Below are positions 1 through 9,546 of a stretch of DNA of 64,000 bases, piece by piece (positions within the stretch are counted from its first letter, which is position 1; every line of letters begins with the position of its first letter). The notes under the pieces are model-generated. The model had not been told where the DNA came from, searched no databases, and saw only the letters and a program-made list of their open reading frames with translations. This DNA is from Actinomycetota bacterium (lineage in GTDB: Bacteria > Actinomycetota > CADDZG01 > JAHWKV01), in contig JBPCIX010000057.1 of NCBI GenBank assembly GCA_051005875.1, positions 5,269 to 69,268 of the forward strand. Direction: 5' to 3'. Position numbers and translations under genes: made by a program.

Positions 1-1472
1 TCGCCGCCCCGCCCGATGATCCTTGCATTATCGCAGGGGCAATCAATGCTGATGGTTCGCCTAAATTTTGCGGCAAGGTGAACCTTGCTCTGGGACAAGG
101 TGGCGGCGGATCGGGGCGGCAGGGTGGGTCCTCTTTCAAGCCGTTTGTTCTTGCCGCCGCATTGCAAAATGGCATCCGTGAAACGGATGTTTATGCAGCG
201 CCCTCATGCATCGAAATTCCCGACGCCGACGCCGGTGGGACGATGCCCTGGCGCGCATGCAACTATGAAGAAGATAGCAGTGGGTCGGTCACAGTCGGAG
301 AGGGAACTTACCGGAGCATCAACACCGTCTACGCCCAAATAATCAACGACATCGGCATCCGCAGGCCTGTCAAGGGCGTTTTCGCGGCTGAGGCGGGCGC
401 GCAGGAGGTTGTTGAAACCGCAGAGCGGATGGGCCTGTGTGAATCCACCCGTCCCCTACTGCCAAAGGGCCAGGAGTGCCACTTGGCAGCCGTGCCCTCG
501 GCGGCGCTCGGGGCAAACTCTGTTAGCACTCTTGACATGACTTCAGCCTTTACTTCGTTCTCGAATCTGGGGCTTCGTCCAAGACCCATCTCGGTAATCA
601 AGATTACCGATGCCAAGGGGAAGGTGCTTTGGGCGGCGCCAGAAAAGAAGGACCAGGTCATAAGCCCGACGGTCGCGTACCTGGCCAACGGCGTTCTTCA
701 AGATGTGGTTACCAAAGGCACCGCTGCTCGGAACGGCAAGCTCGGGCGTCCGGCCTTTGGCAAGACCGGAACCTCCCAAGAATGGCGCGATGCCTGGTTT
801 GTTGGAGGGGCTGGTACCGACCTGGTCACCGGAGTTTCGGTGTTCTGGCCCGATGGCGAAATAGAAATGAAGGCCTCATGCAGCGGGTCTCGCACTCAAT
901 ATCAAATTAAGCAAACCACCTCTGGTCCCATCGCCGAGCCTCCGCAATGCCGCCAAACCCGCATTAAAGTATTCGGCGGCTCATGGCCAACTCAGATTTG
1001 GCAGGCCTTCATGACCAGGGCGCTCGAAGGCACGCCTCCCTCACAGTTTCCGGTTCCCAAGCTTGAAACCATCAGTGTGAAAGTCGACGCCGGTCAGGGT
1101 TGCTTGCCGAGCTTGGTTACCCCACGAGACTCGATTGTGACAAGGACCTTCCTAAAAGGAACTGAACCCACCGAGCCATGCACCGAAGCTAGGGCCCCCT
1201 CGCCGCCCGTTATTGAAACGCCGTCGCCTGAACCGGCGCCCGAGGAGGAATTGGATCCATTTGGGCTTGAACCTGGAGTCAAAAGACCGGTGCCCAATGT
1301 CGAGGGAATGAGCGCGGCAACGGCCGCTTCTGTTCTTCGGGCCGCCGGGTATAACGTCGAGATCGTTTACGGCAACGACTGCCCCTCGCCGAACTGTACC
1401 GTCACTCGCCAGAGCGACGACGAAGCCGAATCGGGCGATTCGATCCGCATTAAGGTGAAGGATGACAGCTAG
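1..1472 (+). CDS. Class A penicillin-binding protein, C-terminal part (transpeptidase domain plus PASTA module). The 5' end lies outside the window.
   Basis: The frame of the 78..1472 ORF stays open back to nt 3 with no stop. It has an SxxK context (GGSSFKPF), a KTG motif in FGKTGTSQEWRDAWFVGG, a Pro-rich linker, and a PASTA-like C-terminus (VPNVEGMSAATAASVLRAAGYNVEIVYG). Confidence 0.85.
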   Translation, partial: AAPPDDPCIIAGAINADGSPKFCGKVNLALGQGGGGSGRQGGSSFKPFVLAAALQNGIRETDVYAAPSCIEIPDADAGGTMPWRACNYEEDSSGSVTVGEGTYRSINTVYAQIINDIGIRRPVKGVFAAEAGAQEVVETAERMGLCESTRPLLPKGQECHLAAVPSAALGANSVSTLDMTSAFTSFSNLGLRPRPISVIKITDAKGKVLWAAPEKKDQVISPTVAYLANGVLQDVVTKGTAARNGKLGRPAFGKTGTSQEWRDAWFVGGAGTDLVTGVSVFWPDGEIEMKASCSGSRTQYQIKQTTSGPIAEPPQCRQTRIKVFGGSWPTQIWQAFMTRALEGTPPSQFPVPKLETISVKVDAGQGCLPSLVTPRDSIVTRTFLKGTEPTEPCTEARAPSPPVIETPSPEPAPEEELDPFGLEPGVKRPVPNVEGMSAATAASVLRAAGYNVEIVYGNDCPSPNCTVTRQSDDEAESGDSIRIKVKDDS

Positions 1473-1484
1473 TGCGGCGCACTA
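1470..1484. terminator. 15-nt perfect palindrome TAGTGC-GGC-GCACTA containing the stop codons of both convergent genes. It may be a minimal bidirectional hairpin.
   Basis: The PBP TAG is at 1470-1472 and the mpg TAG (complement of cta) is at 1482-1484. The stem is 6 bp with a 3-nt loop and there is no U-tract. Confidence 0.25.
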
Positions 1485-2138
1485 ACCTCTATTTAGGCTT
1501 GCCGGCCCACTGACCCATGGTCCCACTTCGAAAAGTCGCCACGGCTGGTCCCACTCAGGCCTAAGACCAATTCGACTGGAGCTGCGTACCGGGGCCCTCA
1601 GCCGTCTTCCTCTCGAAAACCAAACATCACCGTCGGTGAGGTCGGTGTCATCATCCATTCTTGTTAGGGCGAATGCCTGACACAACCGCCCCGGGCCCTT
1701 AGCCAGCAACCCGGGTTCGCCGACCCCTCGGCGGGCGGCCATAAGTTCGAGCCCTTCCAGCGGTTCGACCGCTCTCAACAAGACGGCACCTGCGATCCCG
1801 TGTTTGCTCGTAACGACGTTGGCGCAATGATGCATTCCGTAGGTGAAGTAAACGTAAAGGTGTCCGCCCGGTCCGAACATTGTCTGGTTTCTTTTGGTCA
1901 TTCCTCTGAAGGCGTGGCTGCCGGGATCGTCCAGCCCGCAGTAGGCCTCGACTTCCACGACTCGCCCCGCCACCGTGCCCTCAGTATTCCGTCTGTAAAA
2001 CGTCCTTCCCAACAGCGATGCGGCAACTTCGAGCGTGGGCCTGGCGTAGAAGGCTCTGGATAATCGTTGCGGTTGACGAGGCACTGTGATGGTTCGGCCG
2101 GCTCGGGTAACTACTTCGCTTGGTTCCCGCCCAGCCAT
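1482..2138 (-). CDS. mpg: DNA-3-methyladenine glycosylase (AAG/Mpg family)
   Basis: The family core YCGLDDPGSHAFRGMTKRNQTMFGPGGHLYVYFTYGMHHCANVV is present. The ATG at 2138 overlaps the argH 3' end by 28 nt, and no later canonical start lies downstream of the argH stop. Confidence 0.85.
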   Translation of the reverse strand: MAGREPSEVVTRAGRTITVPRQPQRLSRAFYARPTLEVAASLLGRTFYRRNTEGTVAGRVVEVEAYCGLDDPGSHAFRGMTKRNQTMFGPGGHLYVYFTYGMHHCANVVTSKHGIAGAVLLRAVEPLEGLELMAARRGVGEPGLLAKGPGRLCQAFALTRMDDDTDLTDGDVWFSRGRRLRAPVRSSSRIGLRPEWDQPWRLFEVGPWVSGPASLNRG

Positions 2139-3523
2139 CGCTTCTGTTCGGCCATAAGGTTTTGAAAAGCAGCAAGCTGCTCTTCAATCCTCTCGGGGGC
2201 TGTGCCGCCATGCGAATTTCTAGCATTGACGGAGGTTCGAGCATCAAGAAGCCTGAGCATAGACATTTCAAGTCCTGGATGAGCCTTTGCCAACTCCGCG
2301 GCGGAGCAATCTTCGAGCCCTTTGCCCTGGCTTGTGGCGATTGCTACCAGGTTGCCGACAGCCTCGTGGGCAGTCCGAAAAGGAACGCCTTGCATCACCA
2401 GCTGTTCGGCTAGGTCTGTTGCGCCGGCAAGTCCCCCAGCGGTCGCCTTTTCCATCCGTTCCTTATCGAACGACATCATTTTCACGGCGCCCGATAGGGC
2501 GACAAGAGCGCCGGTCACTGAGTCTGCGGCGTCGAACACAGGCTCTTTGTCTTCCTGGAGATCCCGGTTGTAAGCGAGAGGCAGGCCCTTAAGAACCCCC
2601 AGAAGGTGCACGAGGTCGGCCGTAACCCTGGCCGATTTCGCCCGCGCCAATTCCGCTACGTCCGGGTTCTTCTTCTGAGGCATGATGCTCGACCCGGTCG
2701 CATGAGAATCGTCGAGCGTTGCAAAACCAAATTCTGACGTTGTCCACAGCGCAATCTCTTCACCCAGCCTGGATAAGTGGACCGCTAAAATTGCCGACGC
2801 CGACAAGAACTCCAGGGCGAAGTCGCGGTCGGCTACGGCATCGGCGGAGTTATCGAAGACTCTGGAAAACCCAAGATCCTCGGCGGTGGCTTTGGGATCC
2901 AACGGCAAGGTCGTCCCGGCAAAGGCGGCCGCGCCCAGACACGACATGTCGGCTCGAAAATGCGCTCCCATCATTCTGTCGAAATCGCGCGCAATAGCGA
3001 ACAAGTGTGCAAGAAGGTGATGGGCAAACAAAACCGGCTGGGCTCTTTGCAGGTGCGTATACCCCGGCGCCAAGGAATTCTTGTGCTTGTGGGCCTGGCC
3101 GATAAGGGAATCCTCAAGATCGAAAATCAATTGTCCTATCTCGAGGATCGTTTCCTTCACCCAGAGCCTGAGGTCGGTTGCCACCAAATCGTTGCGGGAT
3201 CTGCCGGCGTGAATCTTCGCGCCTAGCTCTCCGAGCTTGCTAGTTAGATACCTCTCGATCGCAGAATGAATGTCTTCGTCCGCCGGGTCAAAGTCAAACT
3301 CGCCTTTAGAAAGGGCGACTGCCGCTTCGTTGAGAGCGCCTTCAATCTTGTCCGTCTCGGCGGCCGTCAATAGACCGGCTCGCTGAAGACTATGGGCGTG
3401 GGCTCGGGTAGCCGCGACATCTTGCGGCCACAGCCGTTGATCGAAATGCAACGAAGTCGAGAACTGGATCAGTCCTGATGCGGGCGGCTTCGAGAACCGC
3501 CCTTTCCATAAAGGCTCGCTCAC
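2111..3523 (-). CDS. argH: Argininosuccinate lyase
   Basis: 470 aa with the fumarate-lyase signature GSSIMPQKKNPD. Full-length similarity pattern and last position in the arg operon support the call. Confidence 0.95.
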   Translation of the reverse strand: MSEPLWKGRFSKPPASGLIQFSTSLHFDQRLWPQDVAATRAHAHSLQRAGLLTAAETDKIEGALNEAAVALSKGEFDFDPADEDIHSAIERYLTSKLGELGAKIHAGRSRNDLVATDLRLWVKETILEIGQLIFDLEDSLIGQAHKHKNSLAPGYTHLQRAQPVLFAHHLLAHLFAIARDFDRMMGAHFRADMSCLGAAAFAGTTLPLDPKATAEDLGFSRVFDNSADAVADRDFALEFLSASAILAVHLSRLGEEIALWTTSEFGFATLDDSHATGSSIMPQKKNPDVAELARAKSARVTADLVHLLGVLKGLPLAYNRDLQEDKEPVFDAADSVTGALVALSGAVKMMSFDKERMEKATAGGLAGATDLAEQLVMQGVPFRTAHEAVGNLVAIATSQGKGLEDCSAAELAKAHPGLEMSMLRLLDARTSVNARNSHGGTAPERIEEQLAAFQNLMAEQKRWLGGNQAK

Positions 3524-3533
3524 TTGCTATGCC

Positions 3534-4733
3534 TCAGGAGCTTCGGTTTCGTGTCATGCCCCAGATCTTTGAGGGCAATCCCCAAAGCTTGACGAAACCA
3601 GCGCTCGCAACGTGATCGAAGGAATCCTGCTTTGTGTAGCTGGCAAGAGCCGTGTCATAAAGTGAGTTCGGAGATGACCTGCCGACAACCCTGACGCTGC
3701 CCGGGTCGAAACGCAGCCTCACCGTTCCCGTCACCCATTGCTCGGTCGACTGAACAAATGCATCTATTGCTTCGCGAAGCGGCGAGAACCACAGGCCCTC
3801 ATAGACAAGCTCGGCATACTTTTGCTCAAGGCTTCGTTTAACGCGAAGGACTTCCCGGTCTAGGGTCATCTCCTCAAGGTCTGAGTGGGCGGCTATGAGA
3901 GCCAGAGCCGCCGGCGCCTCGTAGACTTCTCTTGACTTGATACCAACGACTCGGTCCTCGATCATGTCCATACGGCCAAAACCGTACCGGCCGGCGAGAC
4001 TTCCGATCTTCTCCACAACGCCGGCGAGCGGCAACTCCGCCCCATCAACGACCAACGGAGTTCCCTTGTGAAACTCAACTTCAGCGTACGAAGGCTCCCG
4101 GGGCGCCGAGGCAATTGGCCGGGTGAGGGCCCAGATATCTTCTGGAGGTTCGGTCATTGGGTCTTCCAGCACACCGCATTCGATTGCCCTTCCCCACATG
4201 TTCTCGTCGATTGAATATGGCGAGGCCGGACCGACCGGAGCCGGAAGGCCGCGTTCAAGCCCATACGCGATCGATTCATCCCGGCTAAGCCCCCATTCCC
4301 GCACCGGGGCAAGTACTTCGACCTCAGGAGCGAGTGCAGCGAGGCCGACCTCGAACCGCACCTGGTCGTTGCCTTTGCCGGTACAGCCGTGGGCGATGTA
4401 GCGGGCGCCTTTTTCACGGGCGACTCGAGCAAGGTGCCGGACAATCAATGGACGCGACAGCGCCGACACCAGTGGATACTTGCCCTGGTAGCGCGCGTTT
4501 GTCGCCAGCGCCCGGCTAACAAATTCCTTCGCGAATTCATCCGAGGCGTCGATTACGAATGCCTCGATTGCTCCCGAAGCCAGGGCACGGTCGGTGATAC
4601 CGGCGATGTCGCCCCCTTGGCCAACGTCAACAACAACGGCTACAACGTCAACACTCAAATTCTCGATTAGCCAGCGGACGGCCACGGTTGTATCGAGCCC
4701 TCCTGAGTACGCCAGAACAACCTGGTCAGGCAC
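3534..4733 (-). CDS. argG: Argininosuccinate synthase
   Basis: The N-terminal ATP-PPase motif VVLAYSGGLDTTV is present. I prefer the GTG at 4733, which is preceded by AAGGGGA 7 nt upstream and gives the usual short N-terminus. The ORF track start at 4787 is the alternative. Confidence 0.9.
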   Translation of the reverse strand: MPDQVVLAYSGGLDTTVAVRWLIENLSVDVVAVVVDVGQGGDIAGITDRALASGAIEAFVIDASDEFAKEFVSRALATNARYQGKYPLVSALSRPLIVRHLARVAREKGARYIAHGCTGKGNDQVRFEVGLAALAPEVEVLAPVREWGLSRDESIAYGLERGLPAPVGPASPYSIDENMWGRAIECGVLEDPMTEPPEDIWALTRPIASAPREPSYAEVEFHKGTPLVVDGAELPLAGVVEKIGSLAGRYGFGRMDMIEDRVVGIKSREVYEAPAALALIAAHSDLEEMTLDREVLRVKRSLEQKYAELVYEGLWFSPLREAIDAFVQSTEQWVTGTVRLRFDPGSVRVVGRSSPNSLYDTALASYTKQDSFDHVASAGFVKLWGLPSKIWGMTRNRSS

Positions 4734-5295
4734 TTCGAATTCCCCTTTCGGGGCGTGGGCTCGCCCTCTCATTGACCGCCTCGTCATTGACCACCTCCGG
4801 CGTCTGGGGGCTGGAACCTGGCCCGGGTTCCAGCCCGGGGAGCGCCCCCACCATCGAACGAAGTCGCCTTTCTACCCGCTTAGGAGGCATGCCCTGCTTG
4901 CAGATAATAAGTATCGTGTCGTCGCCTGCAACCGTCCCGGCGACTCCTTCGATGGCGGCCCTATCCATAGCGCCGGCTACCATCCCTGCGTGACCGGGAG
5001 GAGTCTTAACGAGCAAAAGGTTGCCGGTCGATTCCAATCCGACGACCGACTCGCTCAACATTCTCCTCAAGGCATCTCCGACCGGTGCGGCAGGTGTTTC
5101 GGAAGGCAGCGCATATGCGACCTTGCCTTCGCGCCGGACCTTCACCGCGCCCAGCTCGTCAAGGTCGCGCGAAACTGTCGCTTGCGTGGCCGGACAGCCG
5201 AGGGCTCTAAGCAGCTTCACCATCTGATTTTGGCTTGTAACCGGACGTTGTCTAACAAGCTGAATGATTCTCCTTTGCCGGGCCGACTTCATCAT
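4726..5295 (-). CDS. argR: Arginine repressor
   Basis: The winged-helix N-terminus is MMKSARQRRIIQLVRQRPVTSQNQMVKLLRALGCPATQATVSRDLDELG and the C-terminal oligomerisation core is GTVAGDDTILIIC. The ATG at 5295 forms an ATGA overlap with the argF stop. Confidence 0.9.
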   Translation of the reverse strand: MMKSARQRRIIQLVRQRPVTSQNQMVKLLRALGCPATQATVSRDLDELGAVKVRREGKVAYALPSETPAAPVGDALRRMLSESVVGLESTGNLLLVKTPPGHAGMVAGAMDRAAIEGVAGTVAGDDTILIICKQGMPPKRVERRLRSMVGALPGLEPGPGSSPQTPEVVNDEAVNERASPRPERGIRSA

Positions 5296-6227
5296 GGATG
5301 GTGTTTCCCAGAGTGGGCCATGAGCCATTTAAGTAGCGCCTTTTGCACGTGAAGCCGGTTTTCGGCCTGATCCCAAACAGCCGATTGAGGGCCGTCGATT
5401 ACCTGGGCCGCGATTTCTTCACCACGGTGGGCCGGAAGACAATGCATAGCTATCGCGTTGGGCGCCGCCAAGGCCAGTCTGCGTGCGGAGAGTTGAAAAG
5501 GAGCGAAAGCCTTGACTCTTTCCCCGGCCTCGGATTCCCATCCCATGCTGGTCCAGACATCGGTATACACGGTATTTGCTGCTCGGGAAGCCTCGTCTGC
5601 GTCGTTGCCAATTTCGATTTTGCATCCGGTTTCAGAGCCGATGGACGTGGCCTCCTCGACGATTGGCTCTACCGGTTCGAATCCCTTCGGACAGGCTACT
5701 GAAATGATGCTCAGTCCGGCCTTGGCGCCCGCAAGGAGCAGCGAATGGCAAACATTGTTCCCTTCACCAAGAAAGGCGAGCTTAATCTCGGATAAATCGC
5801 CGAACCTTTCTGTGATTGTCATCACGTCGCCCAAGGCCTGGCATGGGTGTTCCATGTCTGAAAGCGCGTTTATCACGGGGATTGTGGCCGCGTCGGCAAG
5901 ACCTTCGAGCCGGTCCTGGCCAAAGGTTCTGACCACCAGAGCGGCAAGGTACCTCGAAAGAACGCGACCGGTGTCTTCCAACGTTTCTCCGCGGCCGAGT
6001 TGCAATTCGTCGCCTCTTACCGCGACGGGGTGGCCGCCCATTTCATAGACGGCAGCTTCGAAGGAAATCCTGGTTCGAGTTGAAGGTTTTTCGAAAATTA
6101 GTCCAACCGATTTTCCTTCCAGTATTCGGGGGTAGGGTTCGCCGCTAACCTTTTGCTCGATTGCGCCGGCGATCAAAGATCGTTGCTCATCAACGGACAA
6201 ATCATCGGATGAAAGGAAGTGCCTCAC
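5292..6227 (-). CDS. argF: Ornithine carbamoyltransferase
   Basis: [15 protein letters not shown] and HCLPAHRGEE motifs are present. The GTG at 6227 forms a GTGA overlap with the argD stop and gives about 311 aa. The ORF track start at 6278 would add 17 residues inside argD. Confidence 0.92.
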   Translation of the reverse strand: MRHFLSSDDLSVDEQRSLIAGAIEQKVSGEPYPRILEGKSVGLIFEKPSTRTRISFEAAVYEMGGHPVAVRGDELQLGRGETLEDTGRVLSRYLAALVVRTFGQDRLEGLADAATIPVINALSDMEHPCQALGDVMTITERFGDLSEIKLAFLGEGNNVCHSLLLAGAKAGLSIISVACPKGFEPVEPIVEEATSIGSETGCKIEIGNDADEASRAANTVYTDVWTSMGWESEAGERVKAFAPFQLSARRLALAAPNAIAMHCLPAHRGEEIAAQVIDGPQSAVWDQAENRLHVQKALLKWLMAHSGKHHP

Positions 6228-7453
6228 TCGTGTCTCCCGGCGAACACCTGGTCGAGAACTGCGAGTGCTGTGTCGCATTCCTCGCGACCGACTATCAGCG
6301 GAGGCGACAGCCTTATTACCGCAGGCGTTACGTTATTCACCAGAAGGCCTGATTTCAGGCAATCTACGACTATGTCTGCTGAAAAATCTCCGGTCAGCTC
6401 GATACCCAAAAGAAGTCCCTTCCCTCGCACCTGCTCAATAGCTCCGTGACGGCCTGCCATTTGTCTCAGTCCAGAAAGTAAGTAGTCACCCACTAGCCTA
6501 GCGCTGTCGACCAGGCCTTCGGATTCGATCGTCTCAAGTACTGCCAGGGCCGCCGCGCAAACAACCGGTCCGCCGCCCATGGTCGTAGCATGGTCCCCCG
6601 GCCTAAACGTCTCAGCCCACGGGCCCCTGGCGACGCAGGCGCCGATGGGCAGTCCGTTGCCGAGTGCCTTCGCCAGAGTAACGATCCCCGGCACCGCATG
6701 GCTGGGGGCCCGATCCAAGTCGAAAGGACGCTCCAGGTGGACGGGCACATTTTCCTGGAATGCAAACCAATTTCCCGTCCGGCCGATTCCGGTCTGGACC
6801 TCGTCAAGAATCAAAGCAAGCCCGTTATCGTCCGAAAGCCGGGAGACATAGCTGAGGTAGTCCTGGGAAGGAACCACCACTCCGGCCTCGCCCTGCACCG
6901 GCTCGAGCAGAATCGAAGATACGTCGGCGGCGCTTGCTGCTGCTGTGATTGCCGCCTTGGAGTCGTAGGCAATGTGGACGAAACCTTCGGGCAGGGGCAT
7001 AAAAGGGGCCCACTTTTGAGGCTGACCGGTAGCGGCGAGAGTCGCGAAGGTGCGCCCATGAAAAGAGCCCAGGGCAGCGATAGTCTTTAGGCGGCCGGGC
7101 CCGAACTCAAGTAGAGACCACTTTCGAACGAGCTTCAAAGCGCATTCGTTGGCTTCAGCCCCAGAGTTGGCAAAAAAGACCTTCCCATCCGGCCATTGGA
7201 GTAACTCGCAAAGCCGGGTGGCCAGCTGTTCTTGGGGTTCGGTTCGATAAAGATTCGACGTATGCACCAGTCTCGACGATTGTTCTGCGATCGCGTCTGT
7301 TACGGCAGGGTGTGCGTGACCCAGTGCATTAACCGCAATTCCCGCCACGAAGTCCAGGTACTTGCGCCCATCATCGGCAAAAACAAAGCAGCCTTCGCCT
7401 CTAACCAATTGGAGTGGAAGCCTGGCGTAGGTATCCATGATTCGGCTCGTCAT
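6224..7453 (-). CDS. argD: Acetylornithine aminotransferase (class III PLP)
   Basis: 409 aa with an LILDEVQTGIGRTG PLP region. Its position is between argB and argF, with an ATGA overlap to the argB stop. Confidence 0.92.
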   Translation of the reverse strand: MTSRIMDTYARLPLQLVRGEGCFVFADDGRKYLDFVAGIAVNALGHAHPAVTDAIAEQSSRLVHTSNLYRTEPQEQLATRLCELLQWPDGKVFFANSGAEANECALKLVRKWSLLEFGPGRLKTIAALGSFHGRTFATLAATGQPQKWAPFMPLPEGFVHIAYDSKAAITAAASAADVSSILLEPVQGEAGVVVPSQDYLSYVSRLSDDNGLALILDEVQTGIGRTGNWFAFQENVPVHLERPFDLDRAPSHAVPGIVTLAKALGNGLPIGACVARGPWAETFRPGDHATTMGGGPVVCAAALAVLETIESEGLVDSARLVGDYLLSGLRQMAGRHGAIEQVRGKGLLLGIELTGDFSADIVVDCLKSGLLVNNVTPAVIRLSPPLIVGREECDTALAVLDQVFAGRHE

Positions 7454-8358
7454 GGTGTCACCATCGTCCCCGATCCGTTATCGGTGAGGATCTCTACCAG
7501 CAGAGCATGACGGACCCTGCCATCCAGAATGTGGGCTCTGGGAACGCCGGCGCTCACTGCGCCGATGACGCTCGAGATCTTGGGGATCATCCCTGCCGAA
7601 ATCGACTCCCCTTCCAGAAGCAAGCTCAACTCCTCTACAGTCACCCTTGACATTGGGTGTTCATCGTTTGCGAAATCACCGTAAAGCCCCTCTATGTTCG
7701 TCAGAAAGATGATCTTCTCGGCCCCCAACTCGCGGGCGATTGCTCCCGCAGCCAGATCGGCGTTGATGTTGTATGACCCATCCGGCCCGACCCCAATGGG
7801 ACCGACCACAGGAACGAATTCGTCCGCAACGAGCGAGTTCAGTATCTGCGGATTCACCTTGTTAACTTCACCCACAAAACCGAGCTGATCGCCGCCCGGT
7901 CCGGGGTACTTTCTGGCCTCGAGCAACTGGCCGTCCTCGCCGGAAATACCAACAGCCCTGCAGCCGTGCTGGTTAATGGCCGTGACTATCCCCTTATTGA
8001 TCTGGCCGATCAACACCATCTTGACGATCTGCATCGTCTCTTCGTCGGTGATCCTTTGGCCCTCAATAAACGAGGCTTGCTTGCCAAACCTGGCCATGAC
8101 CTCGGAAATCTGAGGCCCGCCGCCGTGCACGACGATTGGATTCATTCCTACAAGCCGCATGAGTGTGACGTCGGTGGCGAATGCGTCGAGAATGCTCTCG
8201 TCATCCAGGATTTCGCCCCCTACTTTGATGACCATGGTCTTGCCGGCCCATTGCCTTATGTAGGGCAAGGCCTCCATTAAGACGGCGGCTTTAGGCGCTG
8301 CGTCCCGCGGGTTCCCCAACTGTCGGGCGGACTCTTCTGCGTCCTCGGAAACTTTCAT
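7450..8358 (-). CDS. argB: Acetylglutamate kinase
   Basis: It has the amino-acid kinase fold with VIKVGGEIL and VVHGGGPQI. Its start forms an ATGA overlap with the argJ stop. Confidence 0.92.
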   Translation of the reverse strand: MKVSEDAEESARQLGNPRDAAPKAAVLMEALPYIRQWAGKTMVIKVGGEILDDESILDAFATDVTLMRLVGMNPIVVHGGGPQISEVMARFGKQASFIEGQRITDEETMQIVKMVLIGQINKGIVTAINQHGCRAVGISGEDGQLLEARKYPGPGGDQLGFVGEVNKVNPQILNSLVADEFVPVVGPIGVGPDGSYNINADLAAGAIARELGAEKIIFLTNIEGLYGDFANDEHPMSRVTVEELSLLLEGESISAGMIPKISSVIGAVSAGVPRAHILDGRVRHALLVEILTDNGSGTMVTP

Positions 8359-9536
8359 ACTTCATACTCGGCGTTGAGATTTACGAATTTCGGAGTCATA
8401 TCGGTGGTCAACATTTCTGCAATCGCTTTACCGGCGCCCAGGTCGCAAACGATGGCTATATCGGCTTTTTTCATCGCGGCCCGGGCCCGGGTTACCGCCT
8501 GCGGCGCGCCCGGTTGGCCGTTCGCGAAAACCTTCTCGTTGCCCATACTAATTGTGAGCCTATCCAACTCGAAGGATGCGCCCGAGCGCCCGAGCGCCGC
8601 CGCAACCCGGCCCCAATTTGCGTCTCCCCCATATATCGCCGTCTTGACCAGCAGCGATTCGGCCACCGTCCTGGCCGCCTGCTCGGCCTGGCGCCTATTG
8701 GCGGCCCCAGCAACCTTTATCCTGACGATTTTCTCGGCTCCTTCGCCGTCGATCACAATCATCTCAGCAAGGTCACTGCAAACAGACTCGAGAGCTTCGG
8801 TGAACGATTTGATCGATGGACTCACGCCGGAATGGCCGTTTGCAAAAACCAAGACTGTGTCGTTAGTGCTCGTGTCGCCGTCGACGCTTATTGCGTTGAA
8901 AGTTGCTTTGGTGACCCGGATGAGCGCTGAGCGTAACTGTGCCGGAGAAACCGCAGCATCGGTTGTTACGAAGCCGAGCATGGTGGCCATGTTGGGCGCA
9001 ATCATTCCCGAGCCCTTGGCGATGCCCCCAATCGACCATCCGGCCGAGTTGGAATAGGCAATCCTCTTTGGCCGAGTATCGGTAGTCATGATGGCTTTCA
9101 TCGCCTTCTCGTCGTCGGCCGTCAGGGCCGAAGCCGCCTTGGTTGCGCCCAGTAGGACCTTGTCCATCGGCAGGTAAGACCCAATTAGCCCCGTTGAGCA
9201 AACAAGCATCTGGTTAGCCGGAATCTTGGTCGCCTTTGCTGCAACGTCGGCCATATCGAGGGCGTGCTGATGCCCTTTGCGACCGGTGCAAGCATTGGCG
9301 CAGCCGGAATTAACCACCACTCCCCTGGCAGAACCAGATTTTATCCGATCCCTTGAAACAAGCACCGGCGCAGCCGCGGCCAAATTGGTCGTGAAAACCC
9401 CAGCACAAGCTGCTTGTATTTCTGAAACGATCAGGGCAAGATCAAGGCCGCCGGACCGCTTGATCCCGGAAGCGACGCCTGCCGCCAGAAAACCCCTTGG
9501 CAGGCAAACGCCTCCATCGGCCTGAATTAAGCTCAC
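8355..9536 (-). CDS. argJ: Bifunctional glutamate N-acetyltransferase / amino-acid acetyltransferase
   Basis: 393 aa with the self-cleavage region ATMLGFVTTDA. Confidence 0.92.
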   Translation of the reverse strand: MSLIQADGGVCLPRGFLAAGVASGIKRSGGLDLALIVSEIQAACAGVFTTNLAAAAPVLVSRDRIKSGSARGVVVNSGCANACTGRKGHQHALDMADVAAKATKIPANQMLVCSTGLIGSYLPMDKVLLGATKAASALTADDEKAMKAIMTTDTRPKRIAYSNSAGWSIGGIAKGSGMIAPNMATMLGFVTTDAAVSPAQLRSALIRVTKATFNAISVDGDTSTNDTVLVFANGHSGVSPSIKSFTEALESVCSDLAEMIVIDGEGAEKIVRIKVAGAANRRQAEQAARTVAESLLVKTAIYGGDANWGRVAAALGRSGASFELDRLTISMGNEKVFANGQPGAPQAVTRARAAMKKADIAIVCDLGAGKAIAEMLTTDMTPKFVNLNAEYEV

Positions 9537-9546
9537 TTGCTGGGGC

